Assembly (NCBI GenBank): GCA_963829525.1
Contig: CAWHIJ010000003.1
Location: forward strand, 2,432,001-2,496,000
Direction: 5' to 3'
DNA length: 64,000 nt
Source: an uncultured Actinomycetota bacterium
GTDB lineage: Bacteria; Actinomycetota; Actinomycetes; JAHEKZ01
Shown here: positions 1 to 11,928 of the stretch, piece after piece
How positions within the stretch are numbered: position 1 is the first letter of the stretch
Layout of the letters: each line of letters opens with the position of its first letter
Notes under the pieces: model-generated
What the model saw: the letters and a program-made list of their open reading frames with translations, nothing else
Databases searched by the model: none
Told to the model about the DNA's origin: nothing
Made by a program: the position numbers and the translations under genes

Positions 1-128
1 ACCTCGGGGGCATCGGGAAAGGCGTCCAACCCGACAAGGTCGATGTCCAGACCGGCCTCGGCCAAGATCCGACGTACCTCAACAACCTTGTGGGCGTTCC
101 GAGACGCCAGGACGACGCGTTGGCTCAC
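1..128 (-). CDS. rdgB: Non-canonical purine NTP pyrophosphatase (RdgB/HAM1), N-terminal part; runs off the window
   Basis: Manual translation from GTG at 128: [22 protein letters not shown] (LASxNxxK motif). GTGA overlap with the rph stop; canonical rph-rdgB order. Confidence 0.9.
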   Translation of the reverse strand, partial: MSQRVVLASRNAHKVVEVRRILAEAGLDIDLVGLDAFPDAPE

Positions 129-850
129 CGAGCCAACGCCTCCTGCTGGAGGCGCGTCAGATCCCGGCACCCAGCCAGTGCAAGATCGAGCAGCGCATCG
201 AGCTCGGAACGGTCGAAGGGCACGCCCTCGGCGGTTCCCTGCACCTCGATGAAGCGGCCGTCGCCGGTGCAGACCACGTTCATGTCGGTCTCGGCGCTGA
301 CGTCCTCCTCGTAGCAGAGGTCGAGCACTGGCTCGCCGCTGACGACACCGACAGAGACGGCAGCCACCGAGCTCGCGAACGGGTCCGCGCCGGCTTTGAC
401 GAAGCCCTGTTGCTGTGCCCAGCTGACAGCATCGGCAAGCGCGACATAGGCGCCCGTGATCGAGGCCGTGCGTGTTCCGCCGTCGGCCTGTAGGACGTCA
501 CAGTCGAGGACAACAGAGTTCTCGCCGAGGGCCGACAGGTCGATCACTCCGCGCAGGGCCCGTCCGATCAGGCGTGATATCTCATGCGTTCGGCCGCCGA
601 TCTTTCCACGGACCGACTCTCGGTCGCTCCTCGTGTGGGTCGAGCGCGGGAGCATCGAGTACTCAGCCGTTACCCAGCCGAGGCCACTTCCCTTGCGCCA
701 TCGGGGCACACCTTCGGTGAGCGATGCCGTACAGAGCACCCTGGTGCGGCCGAACTCGACCAGTACCGATCCCTCCGGGTGCTCGCTCCATCCACGGGTG
801 AAGGTCACCGGGCGGAGCTGGTCGGCCGTGCGGCCATCGGAACGCGTCAT
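125..850 (-). CDS. rph: Ribonuclease PH
   Basis: [41 protein letters not shown] motifs. Confidence 0.98.
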   Translation of the reverse strand: MTRSDGRTADQLRPVTFTRGWSEHPEGSVLVEFGRTRVLCTASLTEGVPRWRKGSGLGWVTAEYSMLPRSTHTRSDRESVRGKIGGRTHEISRLIGRALRGVIDLSALGENSVVLDCDVLQADGGTRTASITGAYVALADAVSWAQQQGFVKAGADPFASSVAAVSVGVVSGEPVLDLCYEEDVSAETDMNVVCTGDGRFIEVQGTAEGVPFDRSELDALLDLALAGCRDLTRLQQEALAR

Positions 851-860
851 GCGCCGAAGG

Positions 861-1610
861 CTACCCAGCGGCCTCGAACGTCGCTCCGGGGGTGGCGAGG
901 TCGATCTGACCGTCGAAGACCGACGCAGCTTCGGCCATTGCCACCTTGGGGTCGTTCCACGGAGGAACGTGGGTGATCACCAGCCGCCTGGCTCCCGCAT
1001 CGCGCGCCAGTTGGCCGGCTTCGCGTCCCGTCAGGTGGAGGTCGGTGGGGTTGTCCGCACCGTCGACGAACGATGCCTCGCAGAGCAGCAGGTTCGTGCC
1101 ACGTGCGAGCTCGTCGATGGCTCGGCACGGGCCGGTGTCGCCGCTGTACACGATTGTCTGGCCGTCGACTTCGAAACGAACGGCGTAGGTTTCCACCGGA
1201 TGCGCAACGCGCTCAGCGCGCACCCGGAAGGGGCCGATGGACGCGGCGACCGAGAGCTCGCGGAAGTCGAAGGATCCCTTCATGCCCTGTGGCTCTTTCA
1301 TGCCGTAGGCAGAAGCCAGCCGCTCAGCAGTGTCCGATGGGCCGTAGACAGGCAGCCGTCCGGAGAAGTCGTACGGCCCGTAGCGATGCGCGACGTACAG
1401 GGCGGTGAGATCGATGCTGTGGTCGGCGTGGAGGTGGCTCAGCACGATTGCGTCGATGTCGGCGAGCTCGATGTGTCGTTGCAGGACGCCGAGGGACCCG
1501 TGGCCGAGGTCGACAACAACCCGGAAGCCTTCGTGCTCGAGCAGGTAGCACGAGGACAGGCTCTCTGGCCCGGGGATGCTGCCAGAGCACCCGACGACGG
1601 TCAGCCTCAC
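861..1610 (-). CDS. MBL-fold metallohydrolase (RNase Z-like; Rv1339-type cyclic-nucleotide phosphodiesterase family)
   Basis: SHLHADH, YSGDTG and THVPPW motifs; conserved position between murI and rph. Confidence 0.9.
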   Translation of the reverse strand: MRLTVVGCSGSIPGPESLSSCYLLEHEGFRVVVDLGHGSLGVLQRHIELADIDAIVLSHLHADHSIDLTALYVAHRYGPYDFSGRLPVYGPSDTAERLASAYGMKEPQGMKGSFDFRELSVAASIGPFRVRAERVAHPVETYAVRFEVDGQTIVYSGDTGPCRAIDELARGTNLLLCEASFVDGADNPTDLHLTGREAGQLARDAGARRLVITHVPPWNDPKVAMAEAASVFDGQIDLATPGATFEAAG

Positions 1611-2410
1611 GCAAAGGCTCCGGCTGCCTCGACTGTTGCCACCTCGGGGCCAAGGAACCTCGAAGCCAGCGCCGCGAAGGGAGCTGGGTCGCCGGTGGCG
1701 AGGAATCGATGCTTGGGAAGCGGAAGTGCCTCGTCGCGCAAGAGACCTCGCTCGGCGAGCACGCGGTAGACATCGCGTGCGGTCTCATCAGCGCTGGAGA
1801 CCAGCGTTACCTCGTACCCCATCACGTACGAGATGACGCCAGCGAGCAGCGGATAGTGGGTGCACCCAAGGACAAGTGTGTCGACGCCGGCCTCACGCAT
1901 GGGGTCGAGATACCCGTGCGCAGTGGCCAGCACCTCGGGGCCACCGGTGAGCCCCTGTTCGACGTACTCGACGAACTTCGGGCACGCCTGCTGAGTGACC
2001 TCGATGCGAGGTGCGGCGGCAAAGGCGTCCAGATAGGCGCCAGATGTGACGGTGGCCTCGGTACCGATGACTCCGACGTGGCCGTTGCGGGTGGCGTGCA
2101 CGGCGCGACGCACGGCTGGCTGGACGACCTCGACGACCGGGACGCGGTACCGCTCCCTGGCATCGCGCAGCACCGCTGCGCTCGCACTGTTGCACGCGAT
2201 CACGAGCATCTTTACGCCTTGCTCCACGAGATGGTCCATCACGTCAAGAGCGAAGGCACGTACCTCAGCGATCGGTCGAGGACCGTAGGGGCCGCGTGCG
2301 CTGTCTCCCACGTACAAGATCGGCTCGTGCGGGAGCAGGTCGAGGACCGAGCGCGCCACGGTGAGACCACCGACACCACTGTCGAAGATGCCGATCGGTG
2401 CGTCCGCCAT
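1607..2410 (-). CDS. murI: Glutamate racemase
   Basis: [28 protein letters not shown]. Start set at ATG 2410, which has a TACGCT -10 element 6 nt upstream. Confidence 0.97.
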   Translation of the reverse strand: MADAPIGIFDSGVGGLTVARSVLDLLPHEPILYVGDSARGPYGPRPIAEVRAFALDVMDHLVEQGVKMLVIACNSASAAVLRDARERYRVPVVEVVQPAVRRAVHATRNGHVGVIGTEATVTSGAYLDAFAAAPRIEVTQQACPKFVEYVEQGLTGGPEVLATAHGYLDPMREAGVDTLVLGCTHYPLLAGVISYVMGYEVTLVSSADETARDVYRVLAERGLLRDEALPLPKHRFLATGDPAPFAALASRFLGPEVATVEAAGAFA

Positions 2411-2537
2411 CAGATCAGCGTAACGGCGAGGCGACCGGGACACCCAGAGGTGGCGGCAGGTGGGCAGACGTGGCGCTCGAACGTCACCTTTGTGCGCGAT
2501 GACCAGGTTACGTGGTCAACGTGCAAGGTGGTGGCGG

Positions 2538-3789
<1,252 letters not shown>

Positions 3790-3814
3790 GGTGATCTCCT
3801 TCAGGTGCAGGTTC

Positions 3815-4243
3815 TTAGGCCGGTCTGTGGTCTAACGTTGAAACGATGCTCACTTCTTCCTCGGTGACGACGCCATCCACGATGCGAAACGAGCGGATCT
3901 CTTCGGTGTCTGGCTCCTTGGTTGATACCAGAACGTAGTGCGCATTGGGCTCGGACGCGTAGCTGACGTCGGTCCGCGACGGATAGGCCTCGGTGGCGGT
4001 GTGCGAGTGATAGACGACTACAGGCTCCTCGTCACGCGCATCCATCTCGCGATAGAGGCGAAGCAGGTCGATCGAGTCGAACTCGTAGAACGTCGGCGAC
4101 CTGGCGGCATTGACCATCGGGATGAACCGCTCAGGGCGATCTTGATCGATTGGCCCGGCGATGACCCCGCACGCCTCATCGGGGTGGTCCGTGCGGGCGT
4201 GGGCCACCATCGCGTCGATGAGGTCCTGGCCGATAACGAGCAC
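3815..4243 (-). CDS. mec: JAMM/M67-family peptidase (CysO-cysteine peptidase Mec)
   Basis: EACG and YHSHTATEAYPSRTD JAMM motif. Start set at GTG 4243. Confidence 0.93.
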   Translation of the reverse strand: MLVIGQDLIDAMVAHARTDHPDEACGVIAGPIDQDRPERFIPMVNAARSPTFYEFDSIDLLRLYREMDARDEEPVVVYHSHTATEAYPSRTDVSYASEPNAHYVLVSTKEPDTEEIRSFRIVDGVVTEEEVSIVSTLDHRPA

Positions 4244-4253
4244 AATCTCAAGG

Positions 4254-4811
4254 CTATGGGGCCGGGTCGCCCTCGCTCGGGCCACCCCGGTGGCCGGCCA
4301 GCACATCGATCAGGAGCCCCTGCAGATACGTGAAGAGCCCGTACGAGTGGTAGGCCTGCAGGTCCTCGCCCCCAGCCAGCACGCCCCCCTCAGTCACACC
4401 CAACCTGGTACCCAGCATGAGACGGAGGTCGTTGAGCGCCCCCAGCAGCGACCGCGCACCCGCGGCGTCGACGTCCCCCGGTGCGGTCGCCGCACGGCGA
4501 AGGGCCTCGGCATCAGCACGCTTGCGCTCAAGCAGCGCGGTCTGAGCGAACCTGCGGAACTCGGCGGCGGCCTCGGGATCGTCGAGGACACCGTCGGGCA
4601 GCAGTCGGGCCCGTACCGGGTCGGACGACAGCTCGGGTGTGTCCTTCATCGTGGCCGCCAGAGCTTCGAGGGGATCGGCCGGGATCTCCAGGGCTGGCCC
4701 GAGCAGGTCCTCGAGGTCGTCGACGTAGAGGTTGATCACCCAGGCCCACTGCTCGAGGTCGACCCGTACGCCGGTTCCATCCTGGCCAGATGGGGTGAAC
4801 TCCGGCGTCAT
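4254..4811 (-). CDS. DUF2017 family protein (Rv1332/AosR-like)
   Basis: DPV.ARLLPD, EFRRF and [17 protein letters not shown] motifs; lies between clpS and mec. Confidence 0.85.
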   Translation of the reverse strand: MTPEFTPSGQDGTGVRVDLEQWAWVINLYVDDLEDLLGPALEIPADPLEALAATMKDTPELSSDPVRARLLPDGVLDDPEAAAEFRRFAQTALLERKRADAEALRRAATAPGDVDAAGARSLLGALNDLRLMLGTRLGVTEGGVLAGGEDLQAYHSYGLFTYLQGLLIDVLAGHRGGPSEGDPAP

Positions 4812-5098
4812 TTGTCCTGCTGCATGGTGGCCCAGAGACCGTAGCCGTGCATGGCCGCGACGTCGCGTTCCATCTCTTCCCTTGAACCGTTCGAAACCGC
4901 CGACCGGCCTTCTTCGTGCACCTGCAGCATGAGCTCTTCAGCCTTCTTTCGGTCGTATCCGAAGTACTCCTGGAAGACGAACGACACGTAGGTCATCAAG
5001 TTGACCGGGTCGTTCCAGACGACCGTCACCCATGGGAAGTCGGGAGCGGGAAGCACCTCGGTCTCGGGGCGTTCGAGCTGACTGGGCGCGGTGGACAC
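4808..5098 (-). CDS. clpS: ATP-dependent Clp protease adaptor ClpS
   Basis: [39 protein letters not shown]. Start GTG 5098 (alternative ATG 5107). Confidence 0.96.
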   Translation of the reverse strand: MSTAPSQLERPETEVLPAPDFPWVTVVWNDPVNLMTYVSFVFQEYFGYDRKKAEELMLQVHEEGRSAVSNGSREEMERDVAAMHGYGLWATMQQDK

Positions 5099-5194
5099 GA
5101 CGCCCATGGTGCCACTGGTGCCGACACCGCATCCACCCTGACATCCCGAGATAACACCAGGTGACAACATGGAGCCACGAACCAAGGAGGCACG

Positions 5195-6919
5195 ATGCAG
5201 ATCCCAGCCCGCACCCCCGGGTTACCAGAGCCCGCGCTGCTCGCCCGGATCCGCGAGGCCGTGATCGGTGACGACACCGTCATGCCTGGCCCCTATGGAC
5301 CGAGGCGCGTTACCTATGCGGACTACACCGCAAGTGGGCGGGCGCTCGACTTCATCGAAAGCTTCATTCGCGACCAGGTGCTCCCCCGCTACGCCAACAC
5401 GCACACCGAGTCGAGCGGCACGGGACGGCAAACCACCCGCCTCCGCGAGGACGCTCGCCAAATCATCACCGACGCCATAAGCGGTGACGACGACACCTGC
5501 GTCATCTTTTGTGGGGCCGGCGCCACCGGCGCCATCGATCGCCTCATCGCTGTGCTCGGGCTCCGGATTCCGTCAGCCCTGGAGGACGCCTACGGCCTCG
5601 ACGCACACATCCCAGATGTCGAGCGTCCCGTCGTCTTCACCGGGCCTTTCGAGCACCATTCCAACGAGCTCCCTTGGCGCGAGTCCATTGCCGAAGTCAT
5701 CCGAATCCCCGAAGATGCTGACGGTCACATCGACCAACGGGTGCTGGCCGAGGAGCTCGAGCGTTACCGAGATCGTCCGCTCCGGATTGGTGCCTTTTCT
5801 GCCGCCAGTAACGTCACCGGAATCGTCAGTGACACCTACGGGATCTCAGCTCTGCTCCATCGTCACGGTGCAATGGCTGTGTGGGACTTCGCCGCCGCTG
5901 GACCCTACGTCGACATCGACATGGTGGGGCCTGACGGTGAGGATCCACTGTCCTACAAGGACGCGATCGTCCTCTCGCCACACAAGTTCGTTGGTGGTCC
6001 CGGCACCCCCGGAATCCTCGCGGTACGTCGCCAGCTTCTGCACAACCGCGTTCCCGCTGTCGTCGGCGGCGGAACCGTCGCCTATGTGAATCCTGAGGAG
6101 CACGTCTATCTGTCTGACCCGGTACATCGAGAGGAAGCCGGCACTCCCGCCATCGTCGAGTCAATCCGTGCCGGACTCGTCTTCCAGCTGAAGGATGCCG
6201 TGGGTGTCGACGTGATTCGCGCCCACGAGAGCGACTACGTGCACCGCGCCATCACAGCATGGTCCGCCGTGCCAGAGATCGAAGTCCTCGGCAACCTCCA
6301 GGCTGAGCGGCTCTCGATCCTGTCTTTCGTCGTTCGCCGCCCGGGTGGTCGGTACCTACATCACAACGCCGTTGTCGCGTTGCTCAACGACCTCTTCGGC
6401 ATCCAGGCGAGAGGGGGGTGCTCATGCGCCGGCCCCTACGGCCACCGATTGCTCGGCATCGACGTTGAGCGCTCACACGAGTACGAACGCGCGATCACGG
6501 CCGGCTGCGAGGGCATCAAACCGGGGTGGGTCCGCATCAACTTCAACTACTTCATCGACGAGGACGTGTTCAAGTACGTTGTCGAGGCGATTGCCTTTGT
6601 CGCGCGTCATGGACATGCATTTCTGGCTGACTACGCCTTTGATCCTGATACGGGTCTGTGGCGTCACCGCGCAGAGCCAGATCAGGCCCCCCTCAGCCTC
6701 GCCGACCTGTCCTACGACTCCGAGGGCCGACTCACGCAGCCACCTCACCCCAAGAGAGCCGACGCCTCCGCATTCGGTGACTACCTTGCCGAGGCCTGCC
6801 GCCGACTCAGCGAGCGGCGGCAGATCCCCGTCACGGAAGACAACGCGCACGTCACGGCCGACTTCGATGCGCTTCGGTGGTTCGAGCTCCCGGCGGACTG
6901 TCTGGTGTCGCGGCACTAG
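5195..6919 (+). CDS. Class V PLP-dependent enzyme, cysteine desulfurase-like, long form
   Basis: [38 protein letters not shown] (PLP lysine), [11 protein letters not shown]; AAGGAGG RBS. Confidence 0.88.
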   Translation: MQIPARTPGLPEPALLARIREAVIGDDTVMPGPYGPRRVTYADYTASGRALDFIESFIRDQVLPRYANTHTESSGTGRQTTRLREDARQIITDAISGDDDTCVIFCGAGATGAIDRLIAVLGLRIPSALEDAYGLDAHIPDVERPVVFTGPFEHHSNELPWRESIAEVIRIPEDADGHIDQRVLAEELERYRDRPLRIGAFSAASNVTGIVSDTYGISALLHRHGAMAVWDFAAAGPYVDIDMVGPDGEDPLSYKDAIVLSPHKFVGGPGTPGILAVRRQLLHNRVPAVVGGGTVAYVNPEEHVYLSDPVHREEAGTPAIVESIRAGLVFQLKDAVGVDVIRAHESDYVHRAITAWSAVPEIEVLGNLQAERLSILSFVVRRPGGRYLHHNAVVALLNDLFGIQARGGCSCAGPYGHRLLGIDVERSHEYERAITAGCEGIKPGWVRINFNYFIDEDVFKYVVEAIAFVARHGHAFLADYAFDPDTGLWRHRAEPDQAPLSLADLSYDSEGRLTQPPHPKRADASAFGDYLAEACRRLSERRQIPVTEDNAHVTADFDALRWFELPADCLVSRH

Positions 6920-8055
6920 CCCGTCGCCAACGCCCGCCCGTATTGCTTGAGGAGTGGCCAGGCCCCGGACCCTTCGTTGCCGAGCGCCCAGATTGCGATA
7001 CCACGAAGGGCATAGTGGTCGACCAACGTCGCCTTGGTCTCGAGCGAGCGTGCATCGTCGTACCACGCAACCCTCTCGACGCGGCAGGTGTCGCCACCAG
7101 CAGAGTACTTCCGAACGTAGGTGAATCGCTGGCTCGTACCTCGCGCCTTCCACTCCGGAGTCGTTCCGATTGATCGAGCGAAAGACCTCATCTGCCGAGT
7201 CGTGCGTGACACCGTCTCGTATGCCTGTGCCGGGCACGTGCCCGAAATCTTCTTGCCGAACCAGTCACGCCCGTACGCAGGCATCCCCATCGAAATCTTG
7301 CGTGAGGTGATCACAGTGGATGCGTACGAAGCCACGTCGTTGACCCACCACTTGGGTGCCATGGGGCCCGGCGAGCCACCGCTCCAGTGGAAGTCATAGG
7401 TCATGATCCGAACACGGTCGGACTGACGGCCCAACGCCGGGTAGTTGAACACCCACCAGTTGGGATCGGTTCTTGAAGTTCGCGCGGCGACCGTCACCGA
7501 GGTGACCGCGCCCATGCGATCAAGGCGCGTATTGAGGTCACCCAGAAGTGCCGGATAGTACTTCCGCACCGTTGCTCTAGCCCGTGAGGAGCCGAAGTTG
7601 ATCGACTCGTAGTCGAGGTCAATGCCGTCGAGGTTGTAGCGGTCGACCACTCTGGCCAACGCCCGGGCGTGTGCGGCCCGACGATCAGGGTTCCTCAGTA
7701 TCCGGGCAAACTGATCTGCGGTCAGGTCTGTGGCGACGGTGGGGATGTTCGCAACGCCGGCACTCTGCAACGACCGACGCATATGGCGCCATTCGTCAGC
7801 GCTCGCCGTCAGGGCTATGTCGGTCCCCGAGTTGGCGTCAAAGACGAAGGGCGAGGCATCCTGGAAGACGTTAGCGTTGTTCACGACCGACCTTGTCGCG
7901 TCGTTGATGTTCCAGTACGGCAACCAGCCGGTGACGAACTTCTTCGGAGCCGGAGGATCTGCCGCGCCGGCTTGACCAGGGACCAGGACAGCAAGCACCG
8001 AGGCCGCTGCCAGACAGGCGACGAGGGGCGCGCCGATGCCACGCAGAACTCTCAC
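6916..8055 (-). CDS. Secreted glycoside hydrolase family 18 protein
   Basis: Signal peptide ending in AGA; LDGIDLDYE catalytic motif; IMTYDFH; GIAIWALG. Confidence 0.88.
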   Translation of the reverse strand: MRVLRGIGAPLVACLAAASVLAVLVPGQAGAADPPAPKKFVTGWLPYWNINDATRSVVNNANVFQDASPFVFDANSGTDIALTASADEWRHMRRSLQSAGVANIPTVATDLTADQFARILRNPDRRAAHARALARVVDRYNLDGIDLDYESINFGSSRARATVRKYYPALLGDLNTRLDRMGAVTSVTVAARTSRTDPNWWVFNYPALGRQSDRVRIMTYDFHWSGGSPGPMAPKWWVNDVASYASTVITSRKISMGMPAYGRDWFGKKISGTCPAQAYETVSRTTRQMRSFARSIGTTPEWKARGTSQRFTYVRKYSAGGDTCRVERVAWYDDARSLETKATLVDHYALRGIAIWALGNEGSGAWPLLKQYGRALATG

Positions 8056-8068
8056 GAGAGAAACGTCC

Positions 8069-9835
8069 TCACTCCACGGTGACGGTCATGGCGGCGCTGG
8101 ACCCGGGAAGGTGCTTTGAGTCACCAGCGGCCACCACGCGTACCCGATGTACCTCGACGTTCCGGAAGGTCCCCTTGAGCGCGAACGAGCCATCCGCGGC
8201 CGTCTTTCTGGGGACCACGCTCACCCACCGCCGGTCTACGCGCTTCTGAAGCGTGACGGTGGTCCCTTCTTCGGCCGGAGCGACCGTCCCGGTGACGAAG
8301 AAGGTCTCACCCTTCGCGACTACGGGGTTAACGACCGCAGCTCGGACCACATGCCTCACCGCAGCGCCAGCCACGGGGGTGAGAGTCGTGGCCCAGTCCC
8401 ATCCCCGCACCAGCCTGAGGCGCCACTCGAAGGTGCGGTCGGCGACCTCGGGAAACGACACAGCACCCCCAGCATCGGTGGACGCGGTACCGGCGGCGGA
8501 CCATGCCTTGCCAGGAAGCCGCCGAAGAACGGTCACTTCCCGACCGGCAACAGGCAGACCAGACACCGAGAACTTCGCGTTGACCGTGAAGGCTGTTCCA
8601 TAGTCGAGGGGGGCCTCGGGATCAATGGACACCCGTGCCCGAGCCGGCGCAGGGGAAATGCTCTGCGCAAGGGCCTCGGCCTTCGACCACAGCGCTGGGT
8701 CCTCAACGCCGAGGCGCCAGATGGCGATGCCCTGAACCCCCAGCCGCTGGGCGAGCTGCAGCCTTTCCCTCGCCGAGCGTCCCTCCCCAAACCAGACGCG
8801 GCGCTGGACGACGCAGTTGCCGTACTGCGGATAGGGGCGTCGGTAGTCGAAGTGGTACTCGCCGGCGGAGTCACTCCAGACGACAGTCGCGTTGTACGTG
8901 TCGATCAGGTCGAGCGCCTCCTGCGCGGTGGGTGAAACGGTTCCTTTTGCCGCCTCCGGACAACTTCCCCTCAGTGTCTTGACATACCAGTTCTGCCCGT
9001 ACTGCGGGACCCCGATGGAAAGGGGGATGCCCCGGAACTCGGACTTGGCGTACTGGATGACATCGCGCGTCCAGCCAAGGGGCCCGATCGGTCCTGGAGC
9101 GGTGTCGCTGGTGCTGTAGTCGTAGGTCATGATCCGAGCCCGATCGACGCTGCGTCCGATCGCGTCGTAGTCAAAAACCTCCCAGTTGGGGTCCGATGCC
9201 GAGCGCCGAGCGGGCACCGCCACGGACAGCAGTGCGCCAGTCGCGTGGAGGCGAGTGCGAAGTCTGTCGAGGAAAATCGGATAGAACTTCTTGACCGCAG
9301 TACGGTCAGCGCCGACGTTTCCGACGTTCATACCCTCGAAGTCGATGTCGACGCCGTCGGCGCCGGTGCGCGCCACCATGGCGACGATCTCGTCGATCAA
9401 CGCCGCACGCCGGACGGAGTCCGTGAGCACTCCGGCCATTTCAGTCGCGTTCATGCCCTCGTCATTGATGCTCGGCAGGGCAGCGATTCCGGCGCCGTGC
9501 AACTCGGCGATGCCGCTGATCAAGGTGCTCTCTGGCTGCAGGTTGTCACTCTGGGGGCGGATGTGCGACTGGACCGTCGCCCGGTACCAGAAAGGTGATA
9601 TCTCCGCGACGACATCGGGGTGGGCGACGACCGACGCGACGCCACTGCTGAAGTTCCAGTACGGGATCCAACCCGTCACCATGCGGCGATCCGACAGGGG
9701 CGAGAGCCCAACAGTTGTGGCTGGCGACGTCGCTGCATCGGGCGACGGGATCGCGAGTGTGATGAGTGGAAGCGCTACCAATACAGCGAGAAGTGCTGTC
9801 GCCGCAGTTCTCGCTCCCGGGTACCACCACGCCAT
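8069..9835 (-). CDS. Secreted GH18 protein with C-terminal beta-rich (Ig-like) domains
   Basis: Hydrophobic N-terminus; ADGVDIDFE; IMTYDYS; GIAIWRLG; about 200 aa beta-strand-rich tail. Start ATG 9835 with a GGGGAG RBS. Confidence 0.85.
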   Translation of the reverse strand: MAWWYPGARTAATALLAVLVALPLITLAIPSPDAATSPATTVGLSPLSDRRMVTGWIPYWNFSSGVASVVAHPDVVAEISPFWYRATVQSHIRPQSDNLQPESTLISGIAELHGAGIAALPSINDEGMNATEMAGVLTDSVRRAALIDEIVAMVARTGADGVDIDFEGMNVGNVGADRTAVKKFYPIFLDRLRTRLHATGALLSVAVPARRSASDPNWEVFDYDAIGRSVDRARIMTYDYSTSDTAPGPIGPLGWTRDVIQYAKSEFRGIPLSIGVPQYGQNWYVKTLRGSCPEAAKGTVSPTAQEALDLIDTYNATVVWSDSAGEYHFDYRRPYPQYGNCVVQRRVWFGEGRSARERLQLAQRLGVQGIAIWRLGVEDPALWSKAEALAQSISPAPARARVSIDPEAPLDYGTAFTVNAKFSVSGLPVAGREVTVLRRLPGKAWSAAGTASTDAGGAVSFPEVADRTFEWRLRLVRGWDWATTLTPVAGAAVRHVVRAAVVNPVVAKGETFFVTGTVAPAEEGTTVTLQKRVDRRWVSVVPRKTAADGSFALKGTFRNVEVHRVRVVAAGDSKHLPGSSAAMTVTVE

Positions 9836-9866
9836 CGTCGTCTCCCCGCTCGTCTCGCGCGACAGG

Positions 9867-11043
9867 CTAACCACCAGCGTGCTGGAGCCCAACTCCATGC
9901 GTAGTCGGGGTCGTCTGCTTCAAGCGCCGCTGGTCCGAGGTCGAGTGGAGCGAACGTGTCGATCATCACCGCTGTCTCGTCGGTTGCCGCAACGCCCAGA
10001 CTCGCCTCGACCGCTCCCGGCTGCGGCCCGTGCGTGCATCCACTCGGGTGCAGCGTCAGCGAGCCCTGCCCGATCCCCGATCCACGACGGCTGGTGAACT
10101 CGCCGCCCACGTAGAAGAGCACTTCGTCGGAGTCGACGTTGGCGTGGTTGTACGGAGTCGGGATTGCGTCGGGGTGGTAGTCGAGCTTTCGCGGCACGAA
10201 GGAGCAGACCACGAAGTTCGGCCCAGCAAAGGTCTGGTGGACCGTCGGTGGCTGGTGGATCCTGCCGGTGATGGGCTCGAAGTCGGCGATGTTGAGCACA
10301 TAGGGATAGAGGCCCCCGTCCCACCCCACAACATCGAACGGATGATGGGCGTAGACAAACCGTGACATGCCACCTCGGGTCCGCACCAGAACCTCGACGT
10401 CCTCACCCTCCTTGAACAGGGGGGCGTCAGGAGCGCGCAGGTCGCGTTCGCAGTACGGGGCGTGCTCGAGAAACTGACCGCGCTTGGACAAGTACCGACT
10501 CGGCGCCCCCACATGTCCGCTCGCCTCGACGACCAGCAGGCGCAGCGGATCACCAGGTTCTGGTACGACACGGTAGGTGGTCGACGTCGGAACGACGACG
10601 TAGTCGCCGAGCCCGATCGAAAGGCTCCCGAAAACGGTCTCCACGACGCCGACTCCCGACTCCACGTACAGCAGCTCGTCACCTGTGCCATTGCGATAGA
10701 GCGGGGACGCCACACTCGCCACGCAGTACGAGACGCGTACGTCGCTGTTGCCGAACATCAACTTGCGCGCCATGACAGCGTCGTCCGTCGGTTCAACAGA
10801 GATCTTGTGGGCACGCACGTGTCTCGGTCTCAGCGGGTGATTGGGCCGCAGTCCTCCAGCGGGATCCGGCCAAGCCTCGATCGCACGCACGGCCGTGGGT
10901 AGGTACCGGTGATAGAGCAATGCCGACTCGCTGGAAAAGCCCTCTTGGCCCATGAGCTCTTCGGCGTACAGGCCACCGTCCGGCCGGCGGAATTGAGTGT
11001 GGCGCTTGCGGGGGATATCGCCGACGGTTCGGTAGTGCGCCAC
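9867..11043 (-). CDS. hmgA: Homogentisate 1,2-dioxygenase; C-terminal frameshift likely
   Basis: PRKRHTQF, HHPFDVVGWDG, HQPPTVHQTF, PYNHANVDSDE, HGPQPG. As given, the ORF reads to 9775 into the GH18 gene; removing one G from TGGG at about 9888 gives ..YAWSWLQHAGG* ending at 9867. Confidence 0.92.
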
Positions 11044-11106
11044 TCATCCTCCATCGCCAGGCTCCCGGAATGGGGGCGTTCTCGACTTTCCGATACCGTC
11101 GCGAAT

Positions 11107-11928
11107 GTGTCAAGTATCAGCGGTCTCGCACTTTCCCTGATCGACGACGCGGCTGTCTTCCCGCCGGGCAATGCATCTCTCGCCGACGCAATCAGAATGT
11201 ATTACGACCGTTTCGAGACGAACCAGCAAGAGATCGTGGGCCCGCTGCTGGTACCGGCCTCCGCCGTGGAGACTCTGAGAGCGCTCGCGGATCCTGTTCG
11301 CATGCTCGATATCGCCCTCATCGGCGACACCGGCCTTGAAGGGCTTGCGGCGGCTCGTGACGCCCTCGAGCATGACAGGTGGATTACCGTGCATCACGTC
11401 GAGCTTCGTGCGTCATTGGATGGCCTGATCACCAAGGCGGTGGGCAACCTGCTCGACTCCTTGGCATTTACTGTTCCCACATACATCGAATTGCCAACTC
11501 CAGAGGCGCCTGCAGCACTTGCTGTCCTCGCTGATGACGGCGCGGAGCGGGCGAAGTTCCGCACCGGCCCGTACGACGTTCCATCGCCAGAGCAGTTGGC
11601 GGCCGCCATCGGTGGGGCGGTCCGGCTTCACGTGCCCTTCAAGCTCACCGGCGGTCTGCACCACGCGTTGCCCACTCACGACGAGGCCAGCGATCGACAG
11701 CACCACGGCCTGCTCAACGTCCTGGCGGCGACCGCAGCGGCCACTACAGGGGCAGATGACTTCACCCTTGCCGGGATCCTTGGGTCCCGAGATCCGGACC
11801 GACTACTTGCTCAGCTAGGCATCGTCGACGCTGGGGCCATCCGCCGGCATTTCAAGTCGTTGGGGTCCTGCAGCGTCGATGAGCCCTACAGGGAACTGGT
11901 GCGTTACGGAGTTGTGGAGGAGTCATGA
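11107..11928 (+). CDS. Conserved hypothetical protein associated with homogentisate catabolism genes
   Basis: LIDDAAVFPPG, KFRTG, PFKLTGGLHH, HGLLNVLAA, GSCSVDEP; ATGA overlap with fahA; GTG start 7 nt after TACCGT. Confidence 0.8.
   Translation: MSSISGLALSLIDDAAVFPPGNASLADAIRMYYDRFETNQQEIVGPLLVPASAVETLRALADPVRMLDIALIGDTGLEGLAAARDALEHDRWITVHHVELRASLDGLITKAVGNLLDSLAFTVPTYIELPTPEAPAALAVLADDGAERAKFRTGPYDVPSPEQLAAAIGGAVRLHVPFKLTGGLHHALPTHDEASDRQHHGLLNVLAATAAATTGADDFTLAGILGSRDPDRLLAQLGIVDAGAIRRHFKSLGSCSVDEPYRELVRYGVVEES

Noticed and set aside
9775-9898. Long overlap or fusion between hmgA and the GH18 gene
   Set aside because: One extra G in a G-run removes the natural hmgA stop at 9867, and the GH18 gene has its own RBS and ATG at 9835.
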